Virus record (IMG/VR): IMGVR_UViG_3300006467_000563
Location: 4,337 to 68,336 of that record
Strand: one strand, 5' to 3'
DNA from: a virus
Lineage: Duplodnaviria > Heunggongvirae > Uroviricota > Caudoviricetes
Length of the DNA: 64,000 nucleotides
Shown here: one piece after another, positions 10,555-20,329 of the stretch
How the letters are laid out: every line of letters begins with the position of its first letter
Position numbering within the stretch: position 1 is the stretch's first letter
Notes under the pieces: model-generated
Seen by the model: only the letters and a program-made list of their open reading frames with translations
Databases searched by the model: none
Told to the model about the DNA's origin: nothing
Made by a program: the position numbers and the translations under genes

Positions 10555-10887
10555 ATGGACTTAAGAATCCCCCGTCCAAGCGAAGTATACACTACTGATG
10601 TTTGTAAAGCAGTAAATGCTATTGTGAAATTCATCTATCGTAACTCAACTGGTTGCGAATTTGAAGAACATCGTGGAACAATCGAATTCAAGAAAGCACA
10701 AATTGAAGCCATTGCTCTTGAAGATGGTTATAGGCGTGATTGCAGGTTTAGTTCCCACACAATGTCGGCTGCTTGCCGTATCATTGCCAACCACGGCTGG
10801 CTCTTCTATGAATATGGTAATTCAGAAGACCCAAGTGAGGATACTTACTATTTAGAACCAGATGAGGAATCATATGAAACCGATTAG
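10555..10887 (+). CDS. hypothetical protein
   Basis: 110 aa. Confidence 0.45.
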   Translation: MDLRIPRPSEVYTTDVCKAVNAIVKFIYRNSTGCEFEEHRGTIEFKKAQIEAIALEDGYRRDCRFSSHTMSAACRIIANHGWLFYEYGNSEDPSEDTYYLEPDEESYETD

Positions 10888-11194
10888 ACCAGACGAATTA
10901 AAATTAGAATTGTACAGAGAAAAGTTTCTGTATTCGTTTGACAAAGTAATTCAAAATAACTATAATGGCAAACGTGTAAAGATATTTCACAGTGATATTT
11001 CACAACAGTTGTGTTATGACCATAATGGTGATGTGAGAGACTTTTTTGTATCAATGTCGTATAAGGCATTTGATGGGTTCCTAGATAATTATAGACCATA
11101 CTGGAATATAGACTACAAGAGACCGTGGTGGTCAGACGATTATCGTATTATAATGGCTCCGAAGGAAGATTATGAGTATCCCAAAAAGACCTGA
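10862..11194 (+). CDS. hypothetical protein
   Basis: 110 aa. Confidence 0.45.
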   Translation: MRNHMKPIRPDELKLELYREKFLYSFDKVIQNNYNGKRVKIFHSDISQQLCYDHNGDVRDFFVSMSYKAFDGFLDNYRPYWNIDYKRPWWSDDYRIIMAPKEDYEYPKKT

Positions 11195-11459
11195 AGAAAC
11201 TGCATCCGACTTTAAGACAATCAATCTGATTGATGTAATCAACGACTGTCTTAAAAGACCTATATGTACTATCAGTGGAAAATATATTAAAGAGAAGTTT
11301 TTCCTGCATACACAAGAACATGTTTCTAATGATGATATTCAGCAGGCTCTGTTTCTGTTTGTTCTATCTGGGTGGGACATAAGTAAAAATGTAGATAAGA
11401 TAGACATTGAAAGTTTTGAATATTCCTGCACACCTAGAAATAACTATAGAACTGTATAA
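11172..11459 (+). CDS. hypothetical protein
   Basis: 95 aa. Confidence 0.4.
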   Translation: MSIPKRPEETASDFKTINLIDVINDCLKRPICTISGKYIKEKFFLHTQEHVSNDDIQQALFLFVLSGWDISKNVDKIDIESFEYSCTPRNNYRTV

Positions 11460-11468
11460 AGGTTTACT

Positions 11469-12329
11469 ATGAAACTACTGATTCCAACATGTGATGCCAG
11501 CCTTTTTCTTCTGCCATTATATGAACACTTGTTTAACAAGTACGAGCTAGGTTCTATCTTTGAGCCTGTTGTACTTGGTTTTACTGAACCTAAAGATTGT
11601 GGTATGGAATTTGTGTCAATGGCAGACAAACAGGATTGTTGGTCCCGACATATATACGATTATCTCAATTCTATTTCAGATGAGTATGTAGCCTTCACTC
11701 TCGAAGACTTCTTGCCTGTAAGTAGAGTAGACGCTGAATCATTCCACTCATTGATGGCTGCAATGTTGTCTGGTAATGTTGGTCGTGCGGACCTAACGTG
11801 GGATTTGTATGCAAATTGTGAAACACAGGTATATAATACTCTTGAAGATAAACCTTACAGTTTAATCTCGTGTCCGCGTGACGGACGTATGGTAGAGGGT
11901 AAGTCTTTATATCGTATTACTACACAGCCTGCTATATGGCGACGTGATTACCTGATGAAGTTTCTGAAAAACGAATGGACACCTTGGAATTTTGAGATTG
12001 ATGGGTCTTCACTATCTTCTCAGTTCCCAGAGGAAGTTATCGGTATTTGTGACCCAACTTTTAAACATTATCCTACTAAATGGACGCCTAAAGGTGCGAT
12101 TAGTCGTGCTCAACCGGGAAAATTCAATTGCTTAGGGATGGATATTGAAACCATTAAAGAGTGTATTGAACTGGGATACTTAAAAGAGGAAGACTTAATC
12201 TGGGGCATGTGGGTTGGTAATCCAGTTACATTTCATGGTGGTGGTGGATATAACTTCACTGTAGATAGGATGCCTTTCCATTCTGCAAGTCCTACTAACT
12301 GGGAAGAATGGAGAAGTACTTATGAGTAA
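11469..12329 (+). CDS. hypothetical protein
   Basis: 286 aa. Confidence 0.55.
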   Translation: MKLLIPTCDASLFLLPLYEHLFNKYELGSIFEPVVLGFTEPKDCGMEFVSMADKQDCWSRHIYDYLNSISDEYVAFTLEDFLPVSRVDAESFHSLMAAMLSGNVGRADLTWDLYANCETQVYNTLEDKPYSLISCPRDGRMVEGKSLYRITTQPAIWRRDYLMKFLKNEWTPWNFEIDGSSLSSQFPEEVIGICDPTFKHYPTKWTPKGAISRAQPGKFNCLGMDIETIKECIELGYLKEEDLIWGMWVGNPVTFHGGGGYNFTVDRMPFHSASPTNWEEWRSTYE

Positions 12330-12561
12330 TATTCTATTAACATACTTTACATTTATGGCCATACTTGGATGGATATCTTTTGCTGTGCTATCAAATGAAT
12401 ATTTTGTACTTGAAAGTGATGAGGCCAAAGCTGGTGTAATTTTAGGTTCTATTTTTTGGCCAATCGGAATTTTTCTTGGTGTTTGCTATTGCATTTTTAA
12501 ATGTTTTATGGTATTTTACCGTCTGTACAATAAATATGCAACTAACTTTTTGAAAGACTAA
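12322..12561 (+). CDS. small TM protein, FWPIG-motif family
   Basis: Contains SIFWPIGIFLGV; TM helices. Confidence 0.5.
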   Translation: MSNILLTYFTFMAILGWISFAVLSNEYFVLESDEAKAGVILGSIFWPIGIFLGVCYCIFKCFMVFYRLYNKYATNFLKD

Positions 12562-12562
12562 G

Positions 12563-12775
12563 ATGACTGTTTACGAAAAATATCTAAAGGCATTAGATGA
12601 CTTAGAACAGATTCACAAAGCTGCTGTAGAAAGCCTCGACGCAATATTAGAGGCCGAACAAGAAGTCTGTAAACATAAATGGGGAGAAGTTAATCCTCAC
12701 ATGTTCTACGCATTAGGAAATACTGCTCCGGGTAAGAGTTGTATCGAGTGTGGTATGAAAGTCCATGTAAAGTGA
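12563..12775 (+). CDS. small zinc-ribbon protein
   Basis: CKHKW...CIECG. Confidence 0.45.
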   Translation: MTVYEKYLKALDDLEQIHKAAVESLDAILEAEQEVCKHKWGEVNPHMFYALGNTAPGKSCIECGMKVHVK

Positions 12776-12890
12776 CGAAAATTTTATATGAATCGCTCTT
12801 AGTTTTTCTAAGTTTATTCTATATCATACAGTTCATACTATTTATAGTGTACGCTTGGAAAGATAGCGAAAATCCTAATATGATTTCTGT

Positions 12891-13700
12891 ATGGAAGTGG
12901 GCACTTATATCCTCAACAATTTTAACTATTCTAATCAAGGTGTTAGTATGACAGACTTATATGAAAAGTACCATAACGAGATGATGAAGCATATCAATGA
13001 AAACAACATTGATAAAGAGGATGCTTATCAATTACTCGAAGCAGCAAAAGATTATTCTAATATGGAGCTGGAGCATGCTCTTAAGGTACTCGACTGGGAA
13101 GTTGGAGAGGTAAACCTAGACAGAGTTTACAACTTTGCACAAGATGCACATTCTGGTCAAACTAGGAAAGATGGTAAGACACCATATTTTAGACATCCTG
13201 TACAAGTACGCGACCTTTTGGTAAAATGGGGTGTTGAAAATACTAACATTCTTGCCGCTGCTCTTCTACATGATGTATTAGAAGATACAGACGTAACTGG
13301 CCCACAATTGAAAAAAGTTTCAAATGGTTTAGTATTAGATTACGTTTTACAGTTGACACACCATGAAGATGATGATAAGATTGAATATATCAGGGATTTT
13401 GCTAATATTCATTTAAAAAGCACTGAAGTAGTTCTTATTAAAGTAGCAGACCGTTGTTGTAACACGCTTGACTTTGTAAAGAGCGACCCAAAATATGCAG
13501 TAAAATATTGGAGAAAAGGGGAGCCTATTCTTGAAGGATTACGAGCACATATTTATAATTGTACATACGGTGATGGTTACCCCGGCCTTTTGCATTCACT
13601 ACAAAATGCGAAAAAGTTTGTTGATGTAATGTACCAGTTAATCTATGCTTTAGATTCTGTACAGGTTCGTAAGCGTGAAGTATATGATTTACTAAAATAA
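12891..13700 (+). CDS. HD-domain hydrolase, RelA/SpoT-type (p)ppGpp hydrolase-like
   Basis: HRHPVQV...AAALLHDVLEDT block matches the HD motif of SpoT/Mesh1-type hydrolases; no synthetase domain. Confidence 0.65.
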   Translation: MEVGTYILNNFNYSNQGVSMTDLYEKYHNEMMKHINENNIDKEDAYQLLEAAKDYSNMELEHALKVLDWEVGEVNLDRVYNFAQDAHSGQTRKDGKTPYFRHPVQVRDLLVKWGVENTNILAAALLHDVLEDTDVTGPQLKKVSNGLVLDYVLQLTHHEDDDKIEYIRDFANIHLKSTEVVLIKVADRCCNTLDFVKSDPKYAVKYWRKGEPILEGLRAHIYNCTYGDGYPGLLHSLQNAKKFVDVMYQLIYALDSVQVRKREVYDLLK

Positions 13701-13951
13701 TCAGACGGGTCTGCCCACAGGCGTCCTTATAAGGCGTTCCGCTTTAACAACAGTGGGAGGTTGCGGAAAGGTTCAATCCCTTGGCCTGTTATTTTTACTC
13801 TAGAAAGAAAAATGATGAAGTTATTATCGAAAGTATCAATGGTTTTAGCTGCATTAGTATACATATTTGATGGTATCAATTTTAGCGGTCCTGAACACTG
13901 TATGTATTTCATTGGTTTGGCAATCTACGATTCATTACAAAAGGATGAAGA

Positions 13952-14281
13952 ATGAAAGTTTTAATAATTCATCGTCAATGTGTGCAAGTTTGTTTAGTCG
14001 AAGAAGAGGGGCTGACAGACGAGCAAGTTTTTGAGAAAGCTATGAAGGTTGAGGGTTCTTCTCAGTTGACAGAGCCATTTGTTCCTACTAATATGAACGG
14101 TGACTCTTTTATTTTTGACTATGAATGTCATGAACCAACAGACGAGATTATTGCTCAGTACTTCACTAAACATGAGTACACAGAAGCGTTGCTCGATATT
14201 GAAGAGTCTAAGCGTATAGTTGAAAAACCAAAACGAAAATACCGGAAAAGAAAGAAAAAAGCAAATGAGCGTCCCTTATAA
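13952..14281 (+). CDS. hypothetical protein (basic C-terminus)
   Basis: 109 aa. Confidence 0.4.
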   Translation: MKVLIIHRQCVQVCLVEEEGLTDEQVFEKAMKVEGSSQLTEPFVPTNMNGDSFIFDYECHEPTDEIIAQYFTKHEYTEALLDIEESKRIVEKPKRKYRKRKKKANERPL

Positions 14282-14525
14282 ATTAGAGTGCGAAGTAGAA
14301 GTGTGTTCTGATATAGAAATGATTGAATGCGGCTTCAGACAGGAATGGGTTACAGCTAACATTGACGAAGATAGTGTTGATGTGACTAGTGGGGCAGGAT
14401 GTGGTAGTCCTTGGATGACCGCTACTATAAAAATTGGGGATAAGACTCATAATATCCGTTACAACATTAAAGATTTAATCAAAAAACTGTATGATAAAGC
14501 GAAAGAAGGTGAGTTCGATGAATGA
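14220..14525 (+). CDS. hypothetical protein
   Basis: 101 aa. Confidence 0.4.
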   Translation: MKNQNENTGKERKKQMSVPYKLECEVEVCSDIEMIECGFRQEWVTANIDEDSVDVTSGAGCGSPWMTATIKIGDKTHNIRYNIKDLIKKLYDKAKEGEFDE

Positions 14526-15081
14526 ACTAGGAAAACTGATTGAAGGTAGTGAGTGTCGTGATGCCGTACACGTTGCTATTATCCCTATGGAAGCCTCAGA
14601 GATGCTACGACCCGGACAAAGGGTAGGAATCGTCTCAGATGGCATTGCTGGGCCTTCTAGCAAGGCTCTGGGGGTTGTGGACCCGTTCCTCGATGACGTT
14701 GTACCAAAGGGAAAGCAATTTTGGCTGTGCCTCTTTCCAAACAGTATTAGTGATATGCGTCACGCATGGGTTCATCCTGATTTCAAAGATGATGTTGCGG
14801 AACATGTTGATGAGCACGTACAAGGTGTTATTGAAAATACAAAAGTTAAGCAAAAAGAAATCGAAGAATGGATGAAAAAACAGGCGGACATTCTTGGTTG
14901 TGATGTCTATGACCTGCTTGATATCAATGGAGATATTCTATCTGGTGAATATATCATTACTTATATGAATGAATCTGCTAGAGATTACTGGGCACAAATT
15001 TACAATGAATATCAAGAAAAAATCGAAGATTATCATGGTATCCCATTTGATGATATTGGTGGTTTTTCTTGTAGTTGCTAG
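14491..15081 (+). CDS. paralog family X, copy 2
   Basis: Same conserved blocks as 10054..10545; tail FSCSC. Confidence 0.6.
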   Translation: MIKRKKVSSMNELGKLIEGSECRDAVHVAIIPMEASEMLRPGQRVGIVSDGIAGPSSKALGVVDPFLDDVVPKGKQFWLCLFPNSISDMRHAWVHPDFKDDVAEHVDEHVQGVIENTKVKQKEIEEWMKKQADILGCDVYDLLDINGDILSGEYIITYMNESARDYWAQIYNEYQEKIEDYHGIPFDDIGGFSCSC

Positions 15082-15377
15082 GAGGTAACATGAGTGCTGA
15101 TAATTGGGGCGACTGCCCAAAATGTAAAGTACTGGTAGCTGAAAAGAACGCGGCAGAGATTGAGTCTGTAAATAAACTCTATGGAACGGTCACTGTCGAA
15201 GACTTTAAATATAAACTAAGTAGAGCCGGTTCCCATGAATATGAACATGGGACACTGCGTGAAGACTACCAGATTTGCACTACTAGTCATGGTCAATTTT
15301 ACATTGGTTATGAATGTTATTGTGCTAAATGTGGTTTCGAACATAAATTTAAACACAGTGAGGATATTAAACTATGA
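15075..15377 (+). CDS. zinc-ribbon protein
   Basis: CPKC...CAKCG. Confidence 0.45.
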   Translation: MLGGNMSADNWGDCPKCKVLVAEKNAAEIESVNKLYGTVTVEDFKYKLSRAGSHEYEHGTLREDYQICTTSHGQFYIGYECYCAKCGFEHKFKHSEDIKL

Positions 15378-15709
15378 ATTTTCAAGAAGCAATACAGGTT
15401 TTACGTGTTGGGGGACAAATCCGTAGACAATCATGGAATAACAAATCATATCGGTGGTTTGCGAGAACATTTGACGCTACAATTAGAAGTGCCTGCAATC
15501 AATATAAGTCTAACAATGCCGCCCTGATAAGTGTGGCTGACTGTGCTGCAGAAGATTGGGAAGAGTACAAGGAGCCTACTGAGGCGTTGGTAGAGCGTAT
15601 TGAAAAGTTGGTCGCTGCGTTCGAGCGAGGTGTAGTTCCGTCCGATATTAATACAGCGTACATCGTCAATGTTTTAAAACAGGCAGTCGAAGCTATAGAC
15701 GTACCGTGA
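15374..15709 (+). CDS. hypothetical protein
   Basis: 111 aa. Confidence 0.45.
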   Translation: MNFQEAIQVLRVGGQIRRQSWNNKSYRWFARTFDATIRSACNQYKSNNAALISVADCAAEDWEEYKEPTEALVERIEKLVAAFERGVVPSDINTAYIVNVLKQAVEAIDVP

Positions 15710-16156
15710 CCATATACGGACATAGCATTCGTCCATATCCTGAATTAACTGGGGGTTAAGACAGTTTTACAGTAAATTTCAACACTAGATAATGCGTGGC
15801 GAGATGTTAACAAGTATGTCCGACCCAGTTGTTGGCACAGAGCTAGGATTTGATTTTTATTTAATCTCTGATGGTCACGAGCCATCCGAACACCAACTCT
15901 AATTGGCTAGATTAGATTCTGTGAAGTTCCTACACCCAAGTCCACTGGAAGAAGGGCTTAATTTAGTTTAACCAGCGAATTTTTGAACTTAACGCAATTT
16001 ACTGTAAGCCAGATTATATATTGTATATAATATATTGTATATAATCCTATGTGAGCAAACCTTGCTCTATACTAGTTTAGTTTTTTCTTCTGATTAAAAC
16101 CAAACTTTTTCGGTGATTTCTATGGATTTTTTCAGACTTTTATTCTATCATGAAGT
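15710..16156. promoter_or_regulatory. long AT-rich intergenic region with a tandem repeat and hairpins (promoter or origin candidate)
   Basis: About 450 nt with no ORF; ATATATTGTATATAA repeated twice at 16016..16045; hairpin GAGCAA-ACC-TTGCTC. Confidence 0.4.
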
Positions 16157-16477
16157 ATGACTATTACAGAATACGTTGCAGAACACTACCCGAATCATAC
16201 TATTGTCTTCTCTACATGTAGTCCGAAGCTGCTTGAGAGTTACCTCGAATTGTATTCGTTGTGTGTCAGGGACTCTGATAATGACTATCGGCTATTCAGG
16301 CTGGATTATGACTTTTACGGAATGATTGCGATGGCTCTATTAATTGAAGACTGGCAACGTGACGATTTTGTTGATGAAATAGTGTCAAGACTATATAAAA
16401 TAGCTGTGGTTAGTAAAGATGCAGGCTACCACCTCGCTCTCTCACATCTGCATGAAAATGAACCTAGTAATAATTAG
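16157..16477 (+). CDS. hypothetical protein
   Basis: 106 aa. Confidence 0.45.
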   Translation: MTITEYVAEHYPNHTIVFSTCSPKLLESYLELYSLCVRDSDNDYRLFRLDYDFYGMIAMALLIEDWQRDDFVDEIVSRLYKIAVVSKDAGYHLALSHLHENEPSNN

Positions 16478-16715
16478 CAGGAGAAAAAAGATGAGTTGGT
16501 TTTTAGTTGTAGTTTATATTCTAGTAGTAGTCCCTATTGTATATGAGTGCTACCATGAAGATTCTCGTTCAATGGAAGAGATTGTTGGCAAATACACTTT
16601 GGCAGCATTGTGGCCTATCGCTGTATGTGCTCTTTTTATCGGAATAGTTGGCTCAGTGTACTACGAGATTTATTCTGACATTTCTGATAAAATTGACAAA
16701 GACTTGGAGAATTGA
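16419..16715 (+). CDS. small TM protein, FWPIG-like family
   Basis: ALWPIAVCALFIGIVG. Confidence 0.45.
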   Translation: MQATTSLSHICMKMNLVIISRRKKMSWFLVVVYILVVVPIVYECYHEDSRSMEEIVGKYTLAALWPIAVCALFIGIVGSVYYEIYSDISDKIDKDLEN

Positions 16716-16751
16716 TATTGACGAATCATTTTTTCCTGCTACAATGGAATT

Positions 16752-16949
16752 ATGATTACAAACCCAGTTTTGATGGAACTGTACGACGCGGCACTATGCT
16801 TTATTTTCATGTATCTTGGCATCTGCTGCATTTTTTGGTTTTCTGACTATCTAAAATCGAAGTCAGAAATGAAAGATGAATATGACTTCTCGAATGGGGA
16901 GCGTGGAAAATTTTACAATGAGAAGGAGAAAGAAGATGGCAGAAAATAA
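16752..16949 (+). CDS. small membrane protein
   Basis: 65 aa with a TM segment. Confidence 0.35.
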   Translation: MITNPVLMELYDAALCFIFMYLGICCIFWFSDYLKSKSEMKDEYDFSNGERGKFYNEKEKEDGRK

Positions 16950-17130
16950 CTCTAATTCTGGAGGTATCGGATTCTGCGGTTTGCTTGGTATCGTGTTTAT
17001 TACACTCAAGTTGACTGGATTTATTAACTGGTCTTGGTGGTGGGTTTTGGCACCGCTGTGGGGACCAATCGTGTTTGTGTTAGCTTTTCTGGCTATCGCT
17101 TTTGGAATCTTGTGGATGTTTGATAAGTAG
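16876..17130 (+). CDS. small membrane protein
   Basis: Two TM helices. Confidence 0.45.
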   Translation: MNMTSRMGSVENFTMRRRKKMAENNSNSGGIGFCGLLGIVFITLKLTGFINWSWWWVLAPLWGPIVFVLAFLAIAFGILWMFDK

Positions 17131-17665
17131 GACAATTATGGCTAAACCTTGGGTACACGCAAAGAACTCAGCTAGGAAATACGGTGGCGTTCCTGAAGAC
17201 TACATTGATATCCACAATCTTATGGATAATACAAAAGGAACACTGGCTGACAATAGACATAGAGCACTCACTCACAATTCTTGGTTCATCTCTTCTGGTG
17301 GACCGTTGGAGTTGATTTTTGGTGTTGTTATTACAAACTCTGACGGTAAGGAAGTTTCTGTCCGCGAGATTGGTGAGCAGCATATCCTTGAGGATTTCAG
17401 TATGAAGTTTATTCCTACCCCTCAAGATTGGCTTGCAGACATTCCTATGAGAGCGTGGATGAACAACGGAAAGTCTGATGTTCCTCCTAGTTTTAAACAA
17501 ATTGAAAGTCAAAAGCAAACTAAGTTCACGTCTTTTGGTGAAATTGATGGACGGTTCGATGAGGAATCGCAGCGTATTTTGGAACAACATGGATATATTG
17601 TGATTGATAATCCAGTATCACATGAACCAATTATTACAGAAAATTTTTACCCACATTCAGATTGA
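17102..17665 (+). CDS. hypothetical protein
   Basis: 187 aa. Confidence 0.5.
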   Translation: MESCGCLISRTIMAKPWVHAKNSARKYGGVPEDYIDIHNLMDNTKGTLADNRHRALTHNSWFISSGGPLELIFGVVITNSDGKEVSVREIGEQHILEDFSMKFIPTPQDWLADIPMRAWMNNGKSDVPPSFKQIESQKQTKFTSFGEIDGRFDEESQRILEQHGYIVIDNPVSHEPIITENFYPHSD

Positions 17666-17672
17666 GGAAAAT

Positions 17673-18134
17673 ATGGAACATTATTTAGCTGTTGTTGAAG
17701 CATCAAAAGCGTACGAAAAAGCAAAGCAATTGGTATTCGATGTATACTATGAATCTACTATCAAGAATTTAGAAAAGGCTTTTCAGGAGCTGTTTGATAC
17801 ATATCCTCAGTTGACTGCATTCGACTGGCGACAGTATGTTCCTTCATTTAATGATGGAGATGCATGTTATTTTACAGTCAATAACTGGGGAACATGTTGG
17901 TTCACTGTAGATGGAGTCACTTTTGATGTTGGCGACTATGCAGATTATGAAGAGTATGATTATAATACAGCTAAGTCTGTTCTAAAACAAAACGGACTTG
18001 ATGAGGTCGGTAACGAAATATGTTGCTTGATTGGTGCTGTTCCATATGATATCATGGAGAAGCGTTTTGGAACTTATTCTCATGTAAAGGTTACCCGTGA
18101 AGGAATTGAGGAGGATGAATACTATGATTATTAA
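17673..18134 (+). CDS. hypothetical protein
   Basis: Internal ATG with GAGGAAAATATG RBS inside ORF 17604..18134. Confidence 0.5.
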   Translation: MEHYLAVVEASKAYEKAKQLVFDVYYESTIKNLEKAFQELFDTYPQLTAFDWRQYVPSFNDGDACYFTVNNWGTCWFTVDGVTFDVGDYADYEEYDYNTAKSVLKQNGLDEVGNEICCLIGAVPYDIMEKRFGTYSHVKVTREGIEEDEYYDY

Positions 18135-18513
18135 TAAAGAAAATATCAACTCATATGAATACACTAACGTTATGGTAGGACCATTAACTTTTACCTTAAT
18201 TCCTTTTCTGATTGGTGCTTTACCTATTATATTTGAATCACCAACATTCTTGTGGTTTGCTTTCTGGTCATTCCTCTTGTTTTTTCTTTCTGCTTTATTT
18301 GGATTTATTGCCGGATGCATTGGGCTTTCTAGTACTGGTGGATATGGCAATGATATGCTAGTAGATAGAATTCCACGCTCTGAATCAATCACGTATATTG
18401 TCTGTTGTACTATCTTTCCTTTACTGTGGATTGCTCTATTTATTGGATGTGTAAAAGGATTGTTACGGCCACTGTCACATATTTTTAAGTCTTTGATGAA
18501 GGAAGAAAAATGA
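18097..18513 (+). CDS. small TM protein, FWPIG-like family
   Basis: TIFPLLWIALFIGCV; ATGA overlap with the downstream gene. Confidence 0.5.
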   Translation: MKELRRMNTMIINKENINSYEYTNVMVGPLTFTLIPFLIGALPIIFESPTFLWFAFWSFLLFFLSALFGFIAGCIGLSSTGGYGNDMLVDRIPRSESITYIVCCTIFPLLWIALFIGCVKGLLRPLSHIFKSLMKEEK

Positions 18514-19718
18514 ACAGGCGAGAATTTTTAGGTGTAACTAGCTTAGGTGTACTTGGTGTCGGTCTTAGTTTCGGTAATGTATCTGTTTCTGAAGAGCAGA
18601 AGAAAAAGGGGAGCGTGATTTACATCACACTTGGTGGTGGTGCTTCACACGTTGAGTTCTTCAATCCTGCTCCAGATGCTCCATCAGAGTATCGCTCAGT
18701 TACTGGTAACATCTATACTAATACGCCGGGATTACACTTTGGTAGTCTTATGCCTAATCTGGCCAAAATGTCAGACCAGTTTACAGTAGTAAAATCATTC
18801 ACTCATCGTGACTTCAACCACGCTAGTGCAACACACTTAGTTCAAACAGGAAAATATAATACACGTACTCCTGATACACAAACATGGCCAAGTTATGGGA
18901 GTGTTGTAAGCGAACAACTTGGTGCTGTTGGTAAGACTGGGCTACCTAGTTATATCAAACTGAACAAGACAGACCATGACGGGGCTGCTTGGCTAGGATT
19001 AGACCATTCTGGTTTCAATGCATCTAAGGAAGGTTTAGGCGACATGATTATGAAGGTGTCCGAAGAGAGATTCCTTCGCCGTGAGCAAATGTTGTCAGAG
19101 ATTGATAAGAGTGGCAATATTCGTGACCCTTGGCTTAAGTTGCGTGACCAAGCTGTGGGTGTTTTAATGGGTGATGCATCAAAAATCTTCAACATTACCA
19201 AAGATACGATGTACAATGACTATAAAGACTCTCAGTTCGGCAAAGACTTGTTAACTGCCAGACGTCTTGTTCAAGGTGGAGCTGCTTTTGTTAAAGTCAG
19301 TAATCCGGGCTGGGATATGCACTCTAATATCGAGTCTGGACTAAAATCTAAACAAGGTGAGATTGATAAGTATCTTGCTATCCTTATTTCTGACTTAGAG
19401 AATAAGGGTCTTAATGAAGACGTGTTAGTTGTATTCACCACAGAGTTTGGAAGGACACCGAAGATTAATCCTCAGTCTGGACGTGACCATTGGGCAAAAG
19501 TGTGTAATCTGATGCTTTATGGTGGAAGATACAACGGTGGATTCATTGGAGAAGTTGACAGAACCTCAAGTGAGGTAGTTAGCGAACCAGTAACACCTGC
19601 TGACTTATGTAAGACTGTGCTAGACCATTGTGGTATTGCTGACAATGCACATACTATTGATAATTTGCAACGTCCTAGAATGTTTGTAGAAGATACAGCT
19701 AAAATAATTGGAGTATGA
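18510..19718 (+). CDS. Tat-signal protein, DUF1501-like
   Basis: MNRREFLGVTSLGVLGVG twin-arginine leader; PGWDMHSN block resembles the GWDTH motif of DUF1501. Confidence 0.5.
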   Translation: MNRREFLGVTSLGVLGVGLSFGNVSVSEEQKKKGSVIYITLGGGASHVEFFNPAPDAPSEYRSVTGNIYTNTPGLHFGSLMPNLAKMSDQFTVVKSFTHRDFNHASATHLVQTGKYNTRTPDTQTWPSYGSVVSEQLGAVGKTGLPSYIKLNKTDHDGAAWLGLDHSGFNASKEGLGDMIMKVSEERFLRREQMLSEIDKSGNIRDPWLKLRDQAVGVLMGDASKIFNITKDTMYNDYKDSQFGKDLLTARRLVQGGAAFVKVSNPGWDMHSNIESGLKSKQGEIDKYLAILISDLENKGLNEDVLVVFTTEFGRTPKINPQSGRDHWAKVCNLMLYGGRYNGGFIGEVDRTSSEVVSEPVTPADLCKTVLDHCGIADNAHTIDNLQRPRMFVEDTAKIIGV

Positions 19719-19980
19719 TATGAGTACTATTATCTGGTTTTTTGTAATTTCTTGCATACTTAGTCTTGTATTTTTTCTGCTGGCCTGCTATTATCTTAAT
19801 ATGGGACACGGCAATAGAAAAATAATTGACAGCTACACTCGTTATCAAGTGTGCAAGATTATTGCTGGTTCAATTTTTTGGTGGGTTACTTTTTTTGTTG
19901 TGATTCGTAAGTGCTATACATCAATAAGCAAACCAGTGACAAACGTGTTTAAATATGTCGTAGGAGATAATGATGAATAA
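19708..19980 (+). CDS. small TM protein, FWPIG-like family
   Basis: GSIFWWVTFFVV. Confidence 0.45.
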   Translation: MEYDMSTIIWFFVISCILSLVFFLLACYYLNMGHGNRKIIDSYTRYQVCKIIAGSIFWWVTFFVVIRKCYTSISKPVTNVFKYVVGDNDE

Positions 19981-20329
19981 AGTTGATGGTGATTTGATTG
20001 GTCCTTGGGTGTGTACTGTATTATTGAATCTAATTGTATCTCTTATTGTTGTGGCTATATGTGCTCCAGTATCGACAATCGTAGGGTTTTTAATTTTATT
20101 CTCTGTCTGGTTTATTCCATCTGGTATTATTTGCTTTGTGTTTTCTGCACATGAAATCACGGCGAATAGTAATCATTATACAAAAAAAGACGCTTGGGAA
20201 ATTAGCTTATTTTCACTTTTTTGGCCAATTGGTATTATGATTTTATTAACGTATGCTTTGATTCTAGCATGCAAGCCAATTGGTGGACTTTTACAGAAGT
20301 TGGGGTTGCAAGATGAACGTACCAAATAA
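19970..20329 (+). CDS. small TM protein, FWPIG-motif family
   Basis: FSLFWPIGIMILL. Confidence 0.5.
   Translation: MMNKVDGDLIGPWVCTVLLNLIVSLIVVAICAPVSTIVGFLILFSVWFIPSGIICFVFSAHEITANSNHYTKKDAWEISLFSLFWPIGIMILLTYALILACKPIGGLLQKLGLQDERTK

Noticed and set aside
13700-13760. Palindrome CCTTATAAGG after the HD-hydrolase gene as a terminator
   Set aside because: The stem cannot form with a loop of 3 nt or more beyond 2 bp, and there is no T-run. It is probably a protein-binding palindrome or nothing.
16016-16045. Tandem direct repeat as a CRISPR array
   Set aside because: Only two adjacent copies of a 14-15 nt AT-rich unit with no spacers. This fits a promoter or origin iteron, not CRISPR.
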